This document shows, piece by piece, positions 7,223 through 15,644 of a stretch of 37,101 nucleotides of DNA. The notes beneath the pieces are model-generated. The model had not been told where the DNA came from, ran no database searches, and saw nothing but the letters and a program-made list of their open reading frames with translations. Each line of letters begins with the position of its first letter. Within the stretch, counting starts at the first letter, position 1. The position numbers and the translations under genes were made by a program. The stretch comes from Clostridia bacterium (GTDB lineage: Bacteria; Bacillota; Clostridia; Christensenellales; CAG-138): the NCBI GenBank assembly GCA_045576895.1, contig JAZNHI010000015.1:1-37101 (forward strand), given 5' to 3'.

Positions 7223-9631
7223 ATGAAAAGGAGAATCTGGATCCCGATCGTGTGTCTGATCCTGATGTTCGCGCTGATCACTTCGGCGGCGGCGGAGGGC
7301 AACGTGTATGAGCTCGTGACGGACGTCTCGCAACTTGCCTCGGGCGATACGATCACGATCGTCAGCGACGACGGGGCGAACTATTTCGCGTTCGGACCGG
7401 ACTTTTCCGGCGTACAGATCAGGATCTCCGACGGAACCGTCAGCGAAAAGGACGGAATGGTGCGGATCACGCCGGAAGAAACGAACGGCGGTTGGCTGCT
7501 CAAAACGGAGAACGGCTATTTCGCAGTCGTGACGGGGACGCTTTCGTATGTTTCCGACCGTGCGGACGCCACGGTCTTTTCGATCTCCGTCACATCGAGC
7601 GGCGACGCGCACATCACCTGCGACGCGGGACAGCTCGCATATGCCGAGGTCGACGGCGCGTACCGCTTCGTCTGCGGCGCGGGCAACGAGGTCCGGATCT
7701 ACAGCGCGTCCTTTGCGCACGTGTTCGGCGACAACCTGTTCTGGAAATATGAAAACGGCAAGCTGACGATCGGCGGCGAAGGCGAGATGCCCTCCGACAC
7801 GCCTTGGTGGGACAGAGACGTCCGGGAAGCAGTCATCCTTGACGGCGTCACAAGCGTTGCGGACAATGCGTTTAACTGGAGCAGAGACCTCAGCAAAGTA
7901 ACGCTTTCAAACACCGTAGAGACGATCGGCTACAGAGCGTTCAGCTACTGCGACAAGCTGAAAGAGATCACGATCCCGGACAGCGTCGTTTCGATCGGCG
8001 CATACGCTTTTGAAGGCAGTTCGAACCTTGCCGAGATCCATATCGGAAGCGGCGTCAGATCCGTATACGGCTTGGGCAGCTGGCTAAGGAACTCGTTCTA
8101 TGATACTGCCTGGTTGAACGCACAGCCGGACGGGCCGGTTTATCTCGATTATGTTTTTCTCGGTTACAAAGGCACTGCCGCGCAGATCGTCAGACCGAAG
8201 GCAGGTACGACTGTGATCGCAAACTACGCGTTTTTCCAGGAGCCGATCGAAAAAGCGGTTCTTCCCGACAGCGTGGAGTATATCGGCGGCAGTGCGTTCG
8301 GACACTGCAGTGAACTGAAGGACGTTTCATTTGGACAGAACGTCGTCAGCATCGGGGAAAATGCGTTCTATGCAGATGCAAAGCTGACGTCGATCACGAT
8401 CCCGGACAGTGTGACAAGCATCGGACAGAACGCTTTCGCCGAATGTACCGGGCTGACGGACGTTACGCTTCCGTGCAATCTCGAGGTCATCGAATCCAGC
8501 CTGTTTTACGGCTGTACCGGTCTGACGGAGATCACCGTTCCGGACAAGGTGACGCGCATCGGGGTCACTGCGTTCGCAAAGTGCAGCGGATTGACGACGG
8601 TCTATCTCAGCCGCAGCGTTGCGGCGATCGAATGGAAGGCGTTCGAGGATTGCGATCTTTTGACGGACGTATATTATGACGGAACCAGATCCGACCGCGA
8701 ACGGCTGCTGACGATCGCTGAGAGTTCGAATCCCGATCTCATGAACGCGACATGGCATTATCTGACCGCTTCGGTTGAGGGAACGGTCGAATGGAACGCC
8801 GAGGACGTCAAGTACAAGGGTACGACCGCATACGTGATCGCAAACGGCAGCGCGCAGACGCCGCGGTTTACCGTAAAGGATGCGGATGGCGTCGTGATCG
8901 ATCCGGCATACTACGATTACGAGTACCGCGAAAACACCAACGCGGGCACCGGCTACGTGATCGTAACCTTCAAGGGCGATTATGAGGGAACCTGCCGCGG
9001 CGTGTTCAAGATCTATCTGCCCGCGACGACGACCACGACGGTCGAAAACGTATCGAACGGCATCAAGCTTACATGGAGCGCGGTCGCCGGCGCGGACGGC
9101 TACGTCATCTATCGCCGCGCATGGAGCAGCACGACGAACGGCTGGACGGACTTTGTGCGCTGGAACAACACGACGGCGTTGAACTGGACGGATACGAAGG
9201 TCTACGCCGGTACGCGCTACCAGTACGGGATCAAGGCGTACTTCAACCGCAGAGTCGATCCGGTTTCCGGCGCGACGATCGGCGGCAACGTCGGAGATAA
9301 TTACAACCTCGGCGAGGTCGGACCTTTGAAGACGACCGTACGCATCACCACGCGTACGCTGAACAGTGTGACCGCGGGCAAAAAGCAGATGACCGTCAAG
9401 TGGAGCGCGAGCAGCGTCTTTACGGGCTATCAGATCCAGTATGCCACGAACAGCGCGTTTACGCAGAACGCAAAGGCGATCAAGATCACAGACCCGAAGA
9501 CGGCGCAGACCGTGATCAAGAACCTGACGAAGGGCAAGACCTATTATGTGCGCATCCGTTCGTATCATGAGTTCAACGGCATGACGTACTTCGGCGAATG
9601 GTCGAATGTGAAAAGCTGCAAGGTGAAGTAA
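7223..9631 (+). CDS. secreted BspA-type leucine-rich-repeat surface protein with C-terminal Ig/Fn3-like domains
   Basis: Signal peptide MKRRIWIPIVCLILMFALITSAAAEG. Many LRR_5-type repeats (IPDSVTSIGQNAFAECTGLTDVTLP and similar). C-terminal Fn3-like modules (GYVIYRR..., GYQIQYATNSAF...YYVRIRSY). GGAGGAGG RBS before the ATG at 7223. Confidence 0.8.
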   Translation: MKRRIWIPIVCLILMFALITSAAAEGNVYELVTDVSQLASGDTITIVSDDGANYFAFGPDFSGVQIRISDGTVSEKDGMVRITPEETNGGWLLKTENGYFAVVTGTLSYVSDRADATVFSISVTSSGDAHITCDAGQLAYAEVDGAYRFVCGAGNEVRIYSASFAHVFGDNLFWKYENGKLTIGGEGEMPSDTPWWDRDVREAVILDGVTSVADNAFNWSRDLSKVTLSNTVETIGYRAFSYCDKLKEITIPDSVVSIGAYAFEGSSNLAEIHIGSGVRSVYGLGSWLRNSFYDTAWLNAQPDGPVYLDYVFLGYKGTAAQIVRPKAGTTVIANYAFFQEPIEKAVLPDSVEYIGGSAFGHCSELKDVSFGQNVVSIGENAFYADAKLTSITIPDSVTSIGQNAFAECTGLTDVTLPCNLEVIESSLFYGCTGLTEITVPDKVTRIGVTAFAKCSGLTTVYLSRSVAAIEWKAFEDCDLLTDVYYDGTRSDRERLLTIAESSNPDLMNATWHYLTASVEGTVEWNAEDVKYKGTTAYVIANGSAQTPRFTVKDADGVVIDPAYYDYEYRENTNAGTGYVIVTFKGDYEGTCRGVFKIYLPATTTTTVENVSNGIKLTWSAVAGADGYVIYRRAWSSTTNGWTDFVRWNNTTALNWTDTKVYAGTRYQYGIKAYFNRRVDPVSGATIGGNVGDNYNLGEVGPLKTTVRITTRTLNSVTAGKKQMTVKWSASSVFTGYQIQYATNSAFTQNAKAIKITDPKTAQTVIKNLTKGKTYYVRIRSYHEFNGMTYFGEWSNVKSCKVK

Positions 9632-9646
9632 GCATGAAAACAAACA

Positions 9647-9678
9647 CGGGAGAGCGGATCGCTCTCCCGTTTCCTTTT
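9647..9678. terminator. bidirectional intrinsic terminator
   Basis: CGGGAGAGCG-gat-CGCTCTCCCG perfect 10-bp stem. TTTCCTTTT follows on the + strand and TGTTTGTTTT on the - strand. Confidence 0.75.
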
Positions 9679-9680
9679 GC

Positions 9681-9856
9681 GCGGCGAAAGCCGCATATCG
9701 TATTTGAATGTCAAATATATCGTGCTTGCGTAGGCAAGTATCTCGTTCTGCTTCAGCAGAATATCGCTGTATGATGCCGGGCAGCGGCGATATGCCCTGC
9801 AGGCGTGATATACCTTCGGCACGATATACCTTCGGCACGATATGCCCTGCGGGCAT
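9681..9856. repeat. array of about 9 short hairpin modules tagged ATATCG / CGATAT (two converging half-arrays)
   Basis: Unit coordinates are given in the finding for this region. It includes an identical 16-mer, GATATACCTTCGGCAC, at 9807-9822 and 9823-9838. Confidence 0.85.
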
Positions 9857-9861
9857 GCGCT

Positions 9862-11583
9862 TTACTGTCCGTAGCGGTTCTGCTGGACCTGCTTCGAGGT
9901 GAAGCCCTCCTTTTCGAAGATGCGGACCCATTCCTTCAGACGGACGAGGAATTCCTCGTTGTTCGGCGTCTTGTCCATCATGGAGACAAGGTTTTCCGTG
10001 ACGTCGCCGGTGCCACCGTTTGCAAGCATCCGACGCAGCATGCGTACACCGTCGAGCTCGGTTTTCGTGAGCAGCAGATCGTCGCGGCGCGTGCCAGACT
10101 TATAGACGTCGATCGCGGGGAAGATGCGCTTTTCGGAGAGCTTGCGATCCAGATGGATCCCCATATTGCCGGTGCCCTTGAATTCCTCGTAGACGATGTC
10201 GTCCATGCGGCTGCCGGTTTCTACGAGTGCAGTTGCGATCACGGTCAGACTACCGCCGTTTTCGATGTTGCGCGCGGCGCCAAAAAAACGCTTGGGCTTG
10301 TGCAGCGCGCCCGGATCCATACCGCCGGAAAGCGTGCGGCCGGTCGGCGGGATCACGAGGTTATAGGCGCGCGTGAGACGGGTGAGGGAGTCCAAAAGGA
10401 TCACGACGTCGCGTCCGTCCTCGACCAGACGCATGGCGCGCTCCTGTACCATTTCCGCAATGCGCGTGTGATGCTCGGGAAGCTCGTCGAACGTAGAAGC
10501 AACAACCTCGCCTTTGATGCTGCGGCGCATGTCAGTGACCTCCTCGGGACGCTCGTCGATCAGCAGGACGATGAGATGCGTGTCGGGATAGTTTTCGGTA
10601 ATGCCGTTTGCAATCTGCTTCAGAAGTGTCGTTTTGCCTGCCTTCGGCTGCGAAACTATCATGGCGCGCTGACCCTTGCCGATCGGTGCGATCAGGTCGA
10701 TCAGCCGCACGGAGAGGTTGTTGACACGTCCCGGCGTTTCGAGCGTATAGCGCTCGTTCGGGAAGATGGGAACGAGATCCTCGTAATTGACGCGGTTCAC
10801 GGCATTCTCATCCGGATCCTTACCGTTCACGCGATCGACGTACAACAGCGCTTCGTATTTGTCGCCTTCACGGCGCGCGCGGGTGCGTCCTTCGACGAAA
10901 TCGCCGTTTTTCAGATTGCAGCGGCGGATCTGCGCGTTTGCGACATAGACGTCGTTGGGACCGGAATCGTAGTTCGAAACGCGAAGAAAGCCGTAGCCCT
11001 CCATGATCTCCAGAACGCCGGCTGCCGTGCCGGTTTCGGGAAGCTGTATAGGTTCTGCGAGCTTTTGTTCGCCGTCCGGCGCATGATACTGCGGACGGTT
11101 GTTTCCCTGACGGAAATTGCGGTTCCGGTTTTGCGGACCGTTTTGCTGACGGTGGTTATTCCGCGAATACTGCTGACGCTGTTCGACGTTCGTGTGCTCC
11201 TGCTGTTTCTCGGCTTCAGACGTTGACAGATCGGTCGCAGAGATCGGTTGAGATGCTTCGGCATGCGGCAGTTCTGGAGACTGTTCGAGTGCAAGAACAG
11301 GGGCCTCCGGCGCAGATTCCTTCTGCACGGGACCGGTCTGCTGCATTTCGTCCGTTTTTGCCGGCCTGCCGCGCTTTCGCTGCTGCGGCGCTTTCGCTTC
11401 GGATGCAGGCGTATCGGTTTTCTCTTTTGCCGGTCTGCCGCGCTTTTTCTTTTCTGGCGCAGGCGCCTGCAGCATCTCGATGAGCTGCGCTTTTTTATAT
11501 TTGCGGTAAGAGGGAATACCGTGCTGTTTTGCAAGATTATACAGCTCGGCGATCGTCAGTGTTTCCAGTTCGGTTTGATTCAC
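9862..11583 (-). CDS. rho: transcription termination factor Rho with a long N-terminal insertion domain
   Basis: Rho_N ([29 protein letters not shown]), CSD-like RNA-binding domain, and a RecA-type ATPase ([18 protein letters not shown]). GTG start at 11583 is preceded by GGAGG with a 6-nt spacer. The track's ATG at 11700 adds non-homologous sequence. Confidence 0.9.
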   Translation of the reverse strand: MNQTELETLTIAELYNLAKQHGIPSYRKYKKAQLIEMLQAPAPEKKKRGRPAKEKTDTPASEAKAPQQRKRGRPAKTDEMQQTGPVQKESAPEAPVLALEQSPELPHAEASQPISATDLSTSEAEKQQEHTNVEQRQQYSRNNHRQQNGPQNRNRNFRQGNNRPQYHAPDGEQKLAEPIQLPETGTAAGVLEIMEGYGFLRVSNYDSGPNDVYVANAQIRRCNLKNGDFVEGRTRARREGDKYEALLYVDRVNGKDPDENAVNRVNYEDLVPIFPNERYTLETPGRVNNLSVRLIDLIAPIGKGQRAMIVSQPKAGKTTLLKQIANGITENYPDTHLIVLLIDERPEEVTDMRRSIKGEVVASTFDELPEHHTRIAEMVQERAMRLVEDGRDVVILLDSLTRLTRAYNLVIPPTGRTLSGGMDPGALHKPKRFFGAARNIENGGSLTVIATALVETGSRMDDIVYEEFKGTGNMGIHLDRKLSEKRIFPAIDVYKSGTRRDDLLLTKTELDGVRMLRRMLANGGTGDVTENLVSMMDKTPNNEEFLVRLKEWVRIFEKEGFTSKQVQQNRYGQ

Positions 11584-11659
11584 AAATAGCCTCCGATATA
11601 GAATTGATTGCCTTGGGATTGCAGTAAAAGGATATTGAAATGCGGATTTGCTGATACCT

Positions 11660-11688
11660 ATTTTATGGGTGAAAAACCGACTTGTCAA
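11660..11688 (-). promoter_or_regulatory. sigma-A-type promoter for rho
   Basis: Reverse strand TTGACA (11688-11683), 17-nt spacer, TAAAAT (11665-11660). Confidence 0.55.
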
Positions 11689-11782
11689 GCGCTTCGACAA
11701 AAATAGCGAAGTTTCGTTTCCGATTTTAGCGTAGGAACAGAATGCGGTGCATACAATGCATCAAAGACAGGGAGGTGTCTCT

Positions 11783-12067
11783 ATGGAAAAGCATGAAAAG
11801 GAACTGATGCAGCCTTCCGCACACAGCGTATTGATCGAAGGACGCAGACGAATGCGGATCACCGGCGTTGTAGACGTCGAAAGTTTTCAGGAAGACGAAA
11901 TGACCGTAGTCACACAAGCGGGCACACTGACGATTTGGGGCGACGGATTGAAGCTCGGCAAGCTGAACCCGGAGGACGGACAGGTCCTTTTGGAGGGGAA
12001 TATCGCTTCGATCGAGTACGAACAGCCGGAACCGGAACGCCGTCCGTTCTTCTTCAAGCGCAAATGA
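11783..12067 (+). CDS. yabP: sporulation protein YabP
   Basis: HSVLIEGRRRMRITGVVDVESFQEDEMTVVTQAGTLTIWGDGLKLGKLNPEDGQVLLEGNIASIEY is YabP family. GGGAGG RBS. A CATACAAT box (11750-11757) resembles a sigma-E -10 element. Confidence 0.85.
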   Translation: MEKHEKELMQPSAHSVLIEGRRRMRITGVVDVESFQEDEMTVVTQAGTLTIWGDGLKLGKLNPEDGQVLLEGNIASIEYEQPEPERRPFFFKRK

Positions 12068-12369
12068 TCGACGTCACTGCACAGCCGTATGAAGCGCTGC
12101 TGCTGTTTCACGGAGGAGCTGTTGCAGGACTCTGTTATCTGCTGCTGCGGGTTGTCCGGAACCGATGCGGTTCGAGACTTGTGACGCATCTCTGCGATGC
12201 GGTATTCGTCGTCGTGCTGTTCGTTTTGCTTGCCGGATACCTGTATACGGCGAATTACGGCATGGTGCGCGGCTTTCTTCTTGCGTCGTTTGTGCTCGGT
12301 TTTGCGGCATTCTATATGCTGTTTGCACCGATGTTTGCACGAATATCACAAAAAATACGCAAAAAATAG
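12064..12369 (+). CDS. yabQ: spore cortex biosynthesis membrane protein YabQ
   Basis: Small multi-TM protein immediately after yabP, with an ATGA start/stop overlap. Position and topology are typical of yabQ. Confidence 0.75.
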   Translation: MIDVTAQPYEALLLFHGGAVAGLCYLLLRVVRNRCGSRLVTHLCDAVFVVVLFVLLAGYLYTANYGMVRGFLLASFVLGFAAFYMLFAPMFARISQKIRKK

Positions 12370-12405
12370 GTTCCGTTTTGGTAAATCATCTGTTATACTG
12401 TAGCT

Positions 12406-12726
12406 ATGGAAAGTTCGCCGAAAAGAATCGTCAGAACGATTCGATTCAAATTGATACATTTTATTCTTGTTCTGATCGCATGCGTGATCATTTTGTTTGT
12501 CGTACTGATCCCGCAGCGGCTGCGGGTCCGTTCGGCAAGAGATGAGTATAACGCACGCGTGGAAGAGCTGAATCAAACCAAGCGAACCTATGCGCAGGAG
12601 CGTGAGAATCTGCAGTTTATGCGCACGGACACATACAAGATTCAGCAGGGCATGATCAAATACGGCTGGCATTATCAGGAGGATAAGATGATCCTCGATG
12701 AAAGCGCCGCATCGGTGACAGAATGA
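12406..12726 (+). CDS. divIC: septum formation initiator (DivIC/FtsB family)
   Basis: Single N-terminal TM followed by a coiled coil (RDEYNARVEELNQTKRTYAQERENLQ). Conserved position after yabP-yabQ. Confidence 0.7.
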   Translation: MESSPKRIVRTIRFKLIHFILVLIACVIILFVVLIPQRLRVRSARDEYNARVEELNQTKRTYAQERENLQFMRTDTYKIQQGMIKYGWHYQEDKMILDESAASVTE

Positions 12727-13616
12727 ATCCCTCGATTGCAGTGATTGATATCGGCAGCAACTCCGTTCGGCTGATGATCGCCGGAACGGAGAACGGACGC
12801 GTACGCCGGATTTCAAAGAACCTCTGTACGACGCGTCTTGCCAAGGGAATCGATGCAACGGGCTGCCTTGCGCCGGACCGCATGAGGGACACCGTCGAGG
12901 CGATCGATACCTTCTGTCGATCGGCGAAAACACTTGACGTTCCGATCATCACATACGCGACAAGCGCTGTACGCGACGCCGAAAACAGGGAAACATTTGT
13001 TTCGCTTGTGCGGAAAAAGAGCGGGATAGACGTACGCGTTCTGTCCGGAGAGGAGGAAGGCGCTTACGCGTTTTCCGCCGTAACGGGCGGCGAGGGAACG
13101 GTATTCGATATCGGCGGAGGCAGCTTTCAGATCGTGACCGAAAAACGTGCGCTGAGCTTCCCGTGCGGCTGTGTCCGCGCAAAGGAACAGTGCGATGCAA
13201 GCGATCCGCAAATCCTGTCGGACAAGCTGTCAGACTGGATCGACGCCCGCGCAGAGGTCCCGTCCGCCGTACCGCAGCCGGTATACGGCGTCGGCGGAAC
13301 GATCACGACGATCGGCGCGCTTTTGGCAAAGCAGGATCGATTCGATCCGTCCGGATTGCACAGGATCACATGCGACGAACTCGATCGGCTGCTGCAGGTC
13401 CTTTCGGGAATTCCCGAACCGCTGCGGATGAAGCTGCCGCTTCTGACGCGGAGAGGCGACGTCATTCTGCAGGGCATGACGATCCTGCGGTACCTGATGG
13501 AACGGACGCATACGGACTGCGTGATTCCGTCGGACAGGGACGGAATGGAAGGGATCGCCGAAGCATACCTGAACGGCAGTCGTGCCGAACGGACCGATGG
13601 GAGGAATATCGGATGA
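12723..13616 (+). CDS. Ppx/GppA family phosphatase (exopolyphosphatase-like)
   Basis: IAVIDIGSNSVRLMIA...LSGEEEGAYAF...VFDIGGGSFQIV are the ASKHA-fold Ppx/GppA motifs. ATGA overlap with divIC. Confidence 0.85.
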   Translation: MNPSIAVIDIGSNSVRLMIAGTENGRVRRISKNLCTTRLAKGIDATGCLAPDRMRDTVEAIDTFCRSAKTLDVPIITYATSAVRDAENRETFVSLVRKKSGIDVRVLSGEEEGAYAFSAVTGGEGTVFDIGGGSFQIVTEKRALSFPCGCVRAKEQCDASDPQILSDKLSDWIDARAEVPSAVPQPVYGVGGTITTIGALLAKQDRFDPSGLHRITCDELDRLLQVLSGIPEPLRMKLPLLTRRGDVILQGMTILRYLMERTHTDCVIPSDRDGMEGIAEAYLNGSRAERTDGRNIG

Positions 13617-13921
13617 AGAACAACGAAAAATTCTGGAAGATTGCCGAGATCGTTCTCGGCGCGATCGGCGCAGCGCTGCTGATCCTGATCCTTGTTCTGC
13701 GGATCATGGAAAAGGATGTATCGACGCTGTCATATGCGATCGTCGGCATTGTGATCCTGTTTCTGATCGCCGATGAGTTTGCACGATCGATCCGCAGACG
13801 GCGTGAAAAGGAAGAGGCTGCACACGAGAAAGCGGAGCATCCCGATGAAGGGACGCCGGAAACAGCGCTTCCAAAGGACGCGTTTGAATTTGAACAGGAA
13901 CAGGATCAAAAGAACCCGTGA
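13613..13921 (+). CDS. small membrane protein, unknown function
   Basis: MKNNEKFWKIAEIVLGAIGAALLILILVL...IVGIVILFLIADEF has two TM segments and an acidic tail. ATGA overlap upstream and GTGA overlap downstream. Confidence 0.6.
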   Translation: MKNNEKFWKIAEIVLGAIGAALLILILVLRIMEKDVSTLSYAIVGIVILFLIADEFARSIRRRREKEEAAHEKAEHPDEGTPETALPKDAFEFEQEQDQKNP

Positions 13922-14730
13922 GTGCCGAGAAGTTTTCCACCCACACAGAGCTTCTGCGCTGTCCCGCGTGCGGGGCGGCGTTTTCGCGCTGCGGTTCTTC
14001 GCTTCGCTGCGAAAAAGGTCATACGTTCGATCCTTCGAAGAAGGGCTGGATCAACTTCGCACCGAACGCAGCGCCGTCGCGATACGGATCGGCGCTGTTT
14101 GAGGCACGTCGAAGAATTCTGGAAGGCGGGTTTTACGATACAGTTCTTTGCGCGATCCGCAGCGCCATGCCGGAACACCCTGGAACCGTTCTGGATGCGG
14201 GCTGCGGCGACGGTACGTTTACAAAAGCGCTGCAAGGCGATACGACGATCGGGCTGGATCTTTCCAAGGATGCGATCCGGCTTGCCGCATACGGCGGAGG
14301 TCCGATCCTCTGGACGGTCGGCGATCTGACAAGGCTCCCGCTGAAAAACGCATCCGTCGATGTGATCCTGAATCTGTTTTCGCCTGCGCATTACGCGGAG
14401 TTTGCGCGCGTGCTGAAACCGGGCGGAAAGCTCCTGAAGCTTGTGCCGCAGGAAGGATATCTCCGGGAGATCCGTGCATTGATGGCGGATCGGCTGCACC
14501 GTGAAGCCTATTCAAACGATGCGGTCGTTTCACATCTTTCCGCGCAGTTTCACGTAGCGGATCGCATTCGTATTTCCGAGTGCTATTCGCTCACGGAGGA
14601 GCAGGCGAGGGATTTTCTTTTCATGACGCCGCTGACCTTCGGCACGGATCCGGGGATGCTTGACGCTAGTCTGCTCAAAGAGATCACGATCGACGTCGAG
14701 CTGCTGATCGCCGACAGACCGGATGAATAA
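13918..14730 (+). CDS. RlmA-like 23S rRNA (guanine-N1)-methyltransferase, class I SAM MTase with N-terminal Zn finger
   Basis: LRCPACGAAFSRCGSSLRCEKGHTFDPSKKGWINF is the RlmA Zn-ribbon. VLDAGCGDGTF is the SAM motif I. GTG start. Confidence 0.75.
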   Translation: MSAEKFSTHTELLRCPACGAAFSRCGSSLRCEKGHTFDPSKKGWINFAPNAAPSRYGSALFEARRRILEGGFYDTVLCAIRSAMPEHPGTVLDAGCGDGTFTKALQGDTTIGLDLSKDAIRLAAYGGGPILWTVGDLTRLPLKNASVDVILNLFSPAHYAEFARVLKPGGKLLKLVPQEGYLREIRALMADRLHREAYSNDAVVSHLSAQFHVADRIRISECYSLTEEQARDFLFMTPLTFGTDPGMLDASLLKEITIDVELLIADRPDE

Positions 14731-14737
14731 CGAAGTA

Positions 14738-15196
14738 TTACACCTGCGAATCGGAATCCGCGCTTTGCTGCAGTGCATGCAGCTGCGCGGTCATTTTTTT
14801 GGATTCCGACACCTGACCGAGCCACATCATGAGCACGGCGAGAACGTAGATCACCAACACGGTACCGCCGATGAGAAGGATCAATTCGGGACGTTTCGTG
14901 TCAATGGAAGGGCTCATAAACGATATCAGCATCATCACGCCTTCGATCAGAACAAGCTGGATCGCGTGCCGAATCAGTACCTGCTTCACCGACAGCTTTT
15001 TTCTCGAGTAGGTCACAACGGTCGGCAGCGTACACAGCCCCGCCACATATAGCGGACTCAGCAGATCAATGTAACGGATGTGCAGCAATACGCCCGGTTC
15101 TGCAACGGTTCCGACGATGCTCTGTGCAAGCAGGATCATCACGGTCAGGAAAAAGAACAGCCGGATTCTTGAAACAATAAAATCTTTAACGGTCAT
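14738..15196 (-). CDS. DUF3021-type four-TM membrane protein (partner of the LytTR regulator)
   Basis: Small polytopic protein overlapping the LytTR gene stop by 11 nt. This is the typical LytTR+DUF3021 pairing. Confidence 0.7.
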   Translation of the reverse strand: MTVKDFIVSRIRLFFFLTVMILLAQSIVGTVAEPGVLLHIRYIDLLSPLYVAGLCTLPTVVTYSRKKLSVKQVLIRHAIQLVLIEGVMMLISFMSPSIDTKRPELILLIGGTVLVIYVLAVLMMWLGQVSESKKMTAQLHALQQSADSDSQV

Positions 15197-15641
15197 ATTC
15201 CGTATCTCCCTTCAGCGCCCGCTTCAGATCGGGAACATATTTTCTCGTAATGATCACCTGCTCGCCGGACCGCAGCATCGCAGAGAATCTGCCGTTCAGC
15301 GCAGGACGTATGGATTCGACCTTCATCAGGTTCAGAAGCATGGATTTTGAGATGCGCAGATAATGCTTCGCTTTCAGAACCGATTCGAATTCATAGATCT
15401 TCTGCTTCGTTTCGTATACCTTGTCTTTGGTGTACAGAAACACCTTGTTGTCGACCGATTCAATGTAAAAGATATCGGTCAGAGGGACTTCGTACTGCCG
15501 ATCGTCGATCGAACCGGTGAGCTTTCCCTGCCGGGATTTCACGAATGCGACGATCTCGCGCACTTCGTCTGTGACGGCGTAGCAGAAGATCTCCACACGC
15601 TCGGGATCGCCGCGTTCGATTTTGGTAAGTTTTGTCAGCAT
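15186..15641 (-). CDS. stand-alone LytTR-domain DNA-binding regulator (no receiver domain)
   Basis: LTDIFYIESVDNKVFLYTKDKVYETKQKIYEFESVL..KHYLRISKSMLLNLMKVESI...ITRKYVPDLKRAL is a LytTR domain. Confidence 0.85.
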   Translation of the reverse strand: MLTKLTKIERGDPERVEIFCYAVTDEVREIVAFVKSRQGKLTGSIDDRQYEVPLTDIFYIESVDNKVFLYTKDKVYETKQKIYEFESVLKAKHYLRISKSMLLNLMKVESIRPALNGRFSAMLRSGEQVIITRKYVPDLKRALKGDTEYDR

Positions 15642-15644
15642 GAT

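Noticed and set aside
9681-9856. CRISPR array interpretation of the module arrays (also 35383-35560)
   Set aside because: Units are 16-27 nt in total, with only a 5-7 nt conserved tag. There is no conserved repeat of at least 23 nt alternating with spacers. Polarity flips mid-array, and no cas genes are present.
8327-9931. 534-aa ORF on the - strand
   Set aside because: It is a shadow frame antisense to the LRR-protein gene and runs through the terminator and repeat array. Composition is Arg-rich, with no RBS and no motif.
9805-11226. 473-aa ORF on the + strand
   Set aside because: It is antisense to rho, whose identity is unambiguous. It starts inside the repeat array.
11584-11700. N-terminal extension of rho from the ATG at 11700
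   Set aside because: The extension would include the -10 box of the rho promoter. The GTG at 11583 has a GGAGG RBS and starts exactly at the Rho_N domain.
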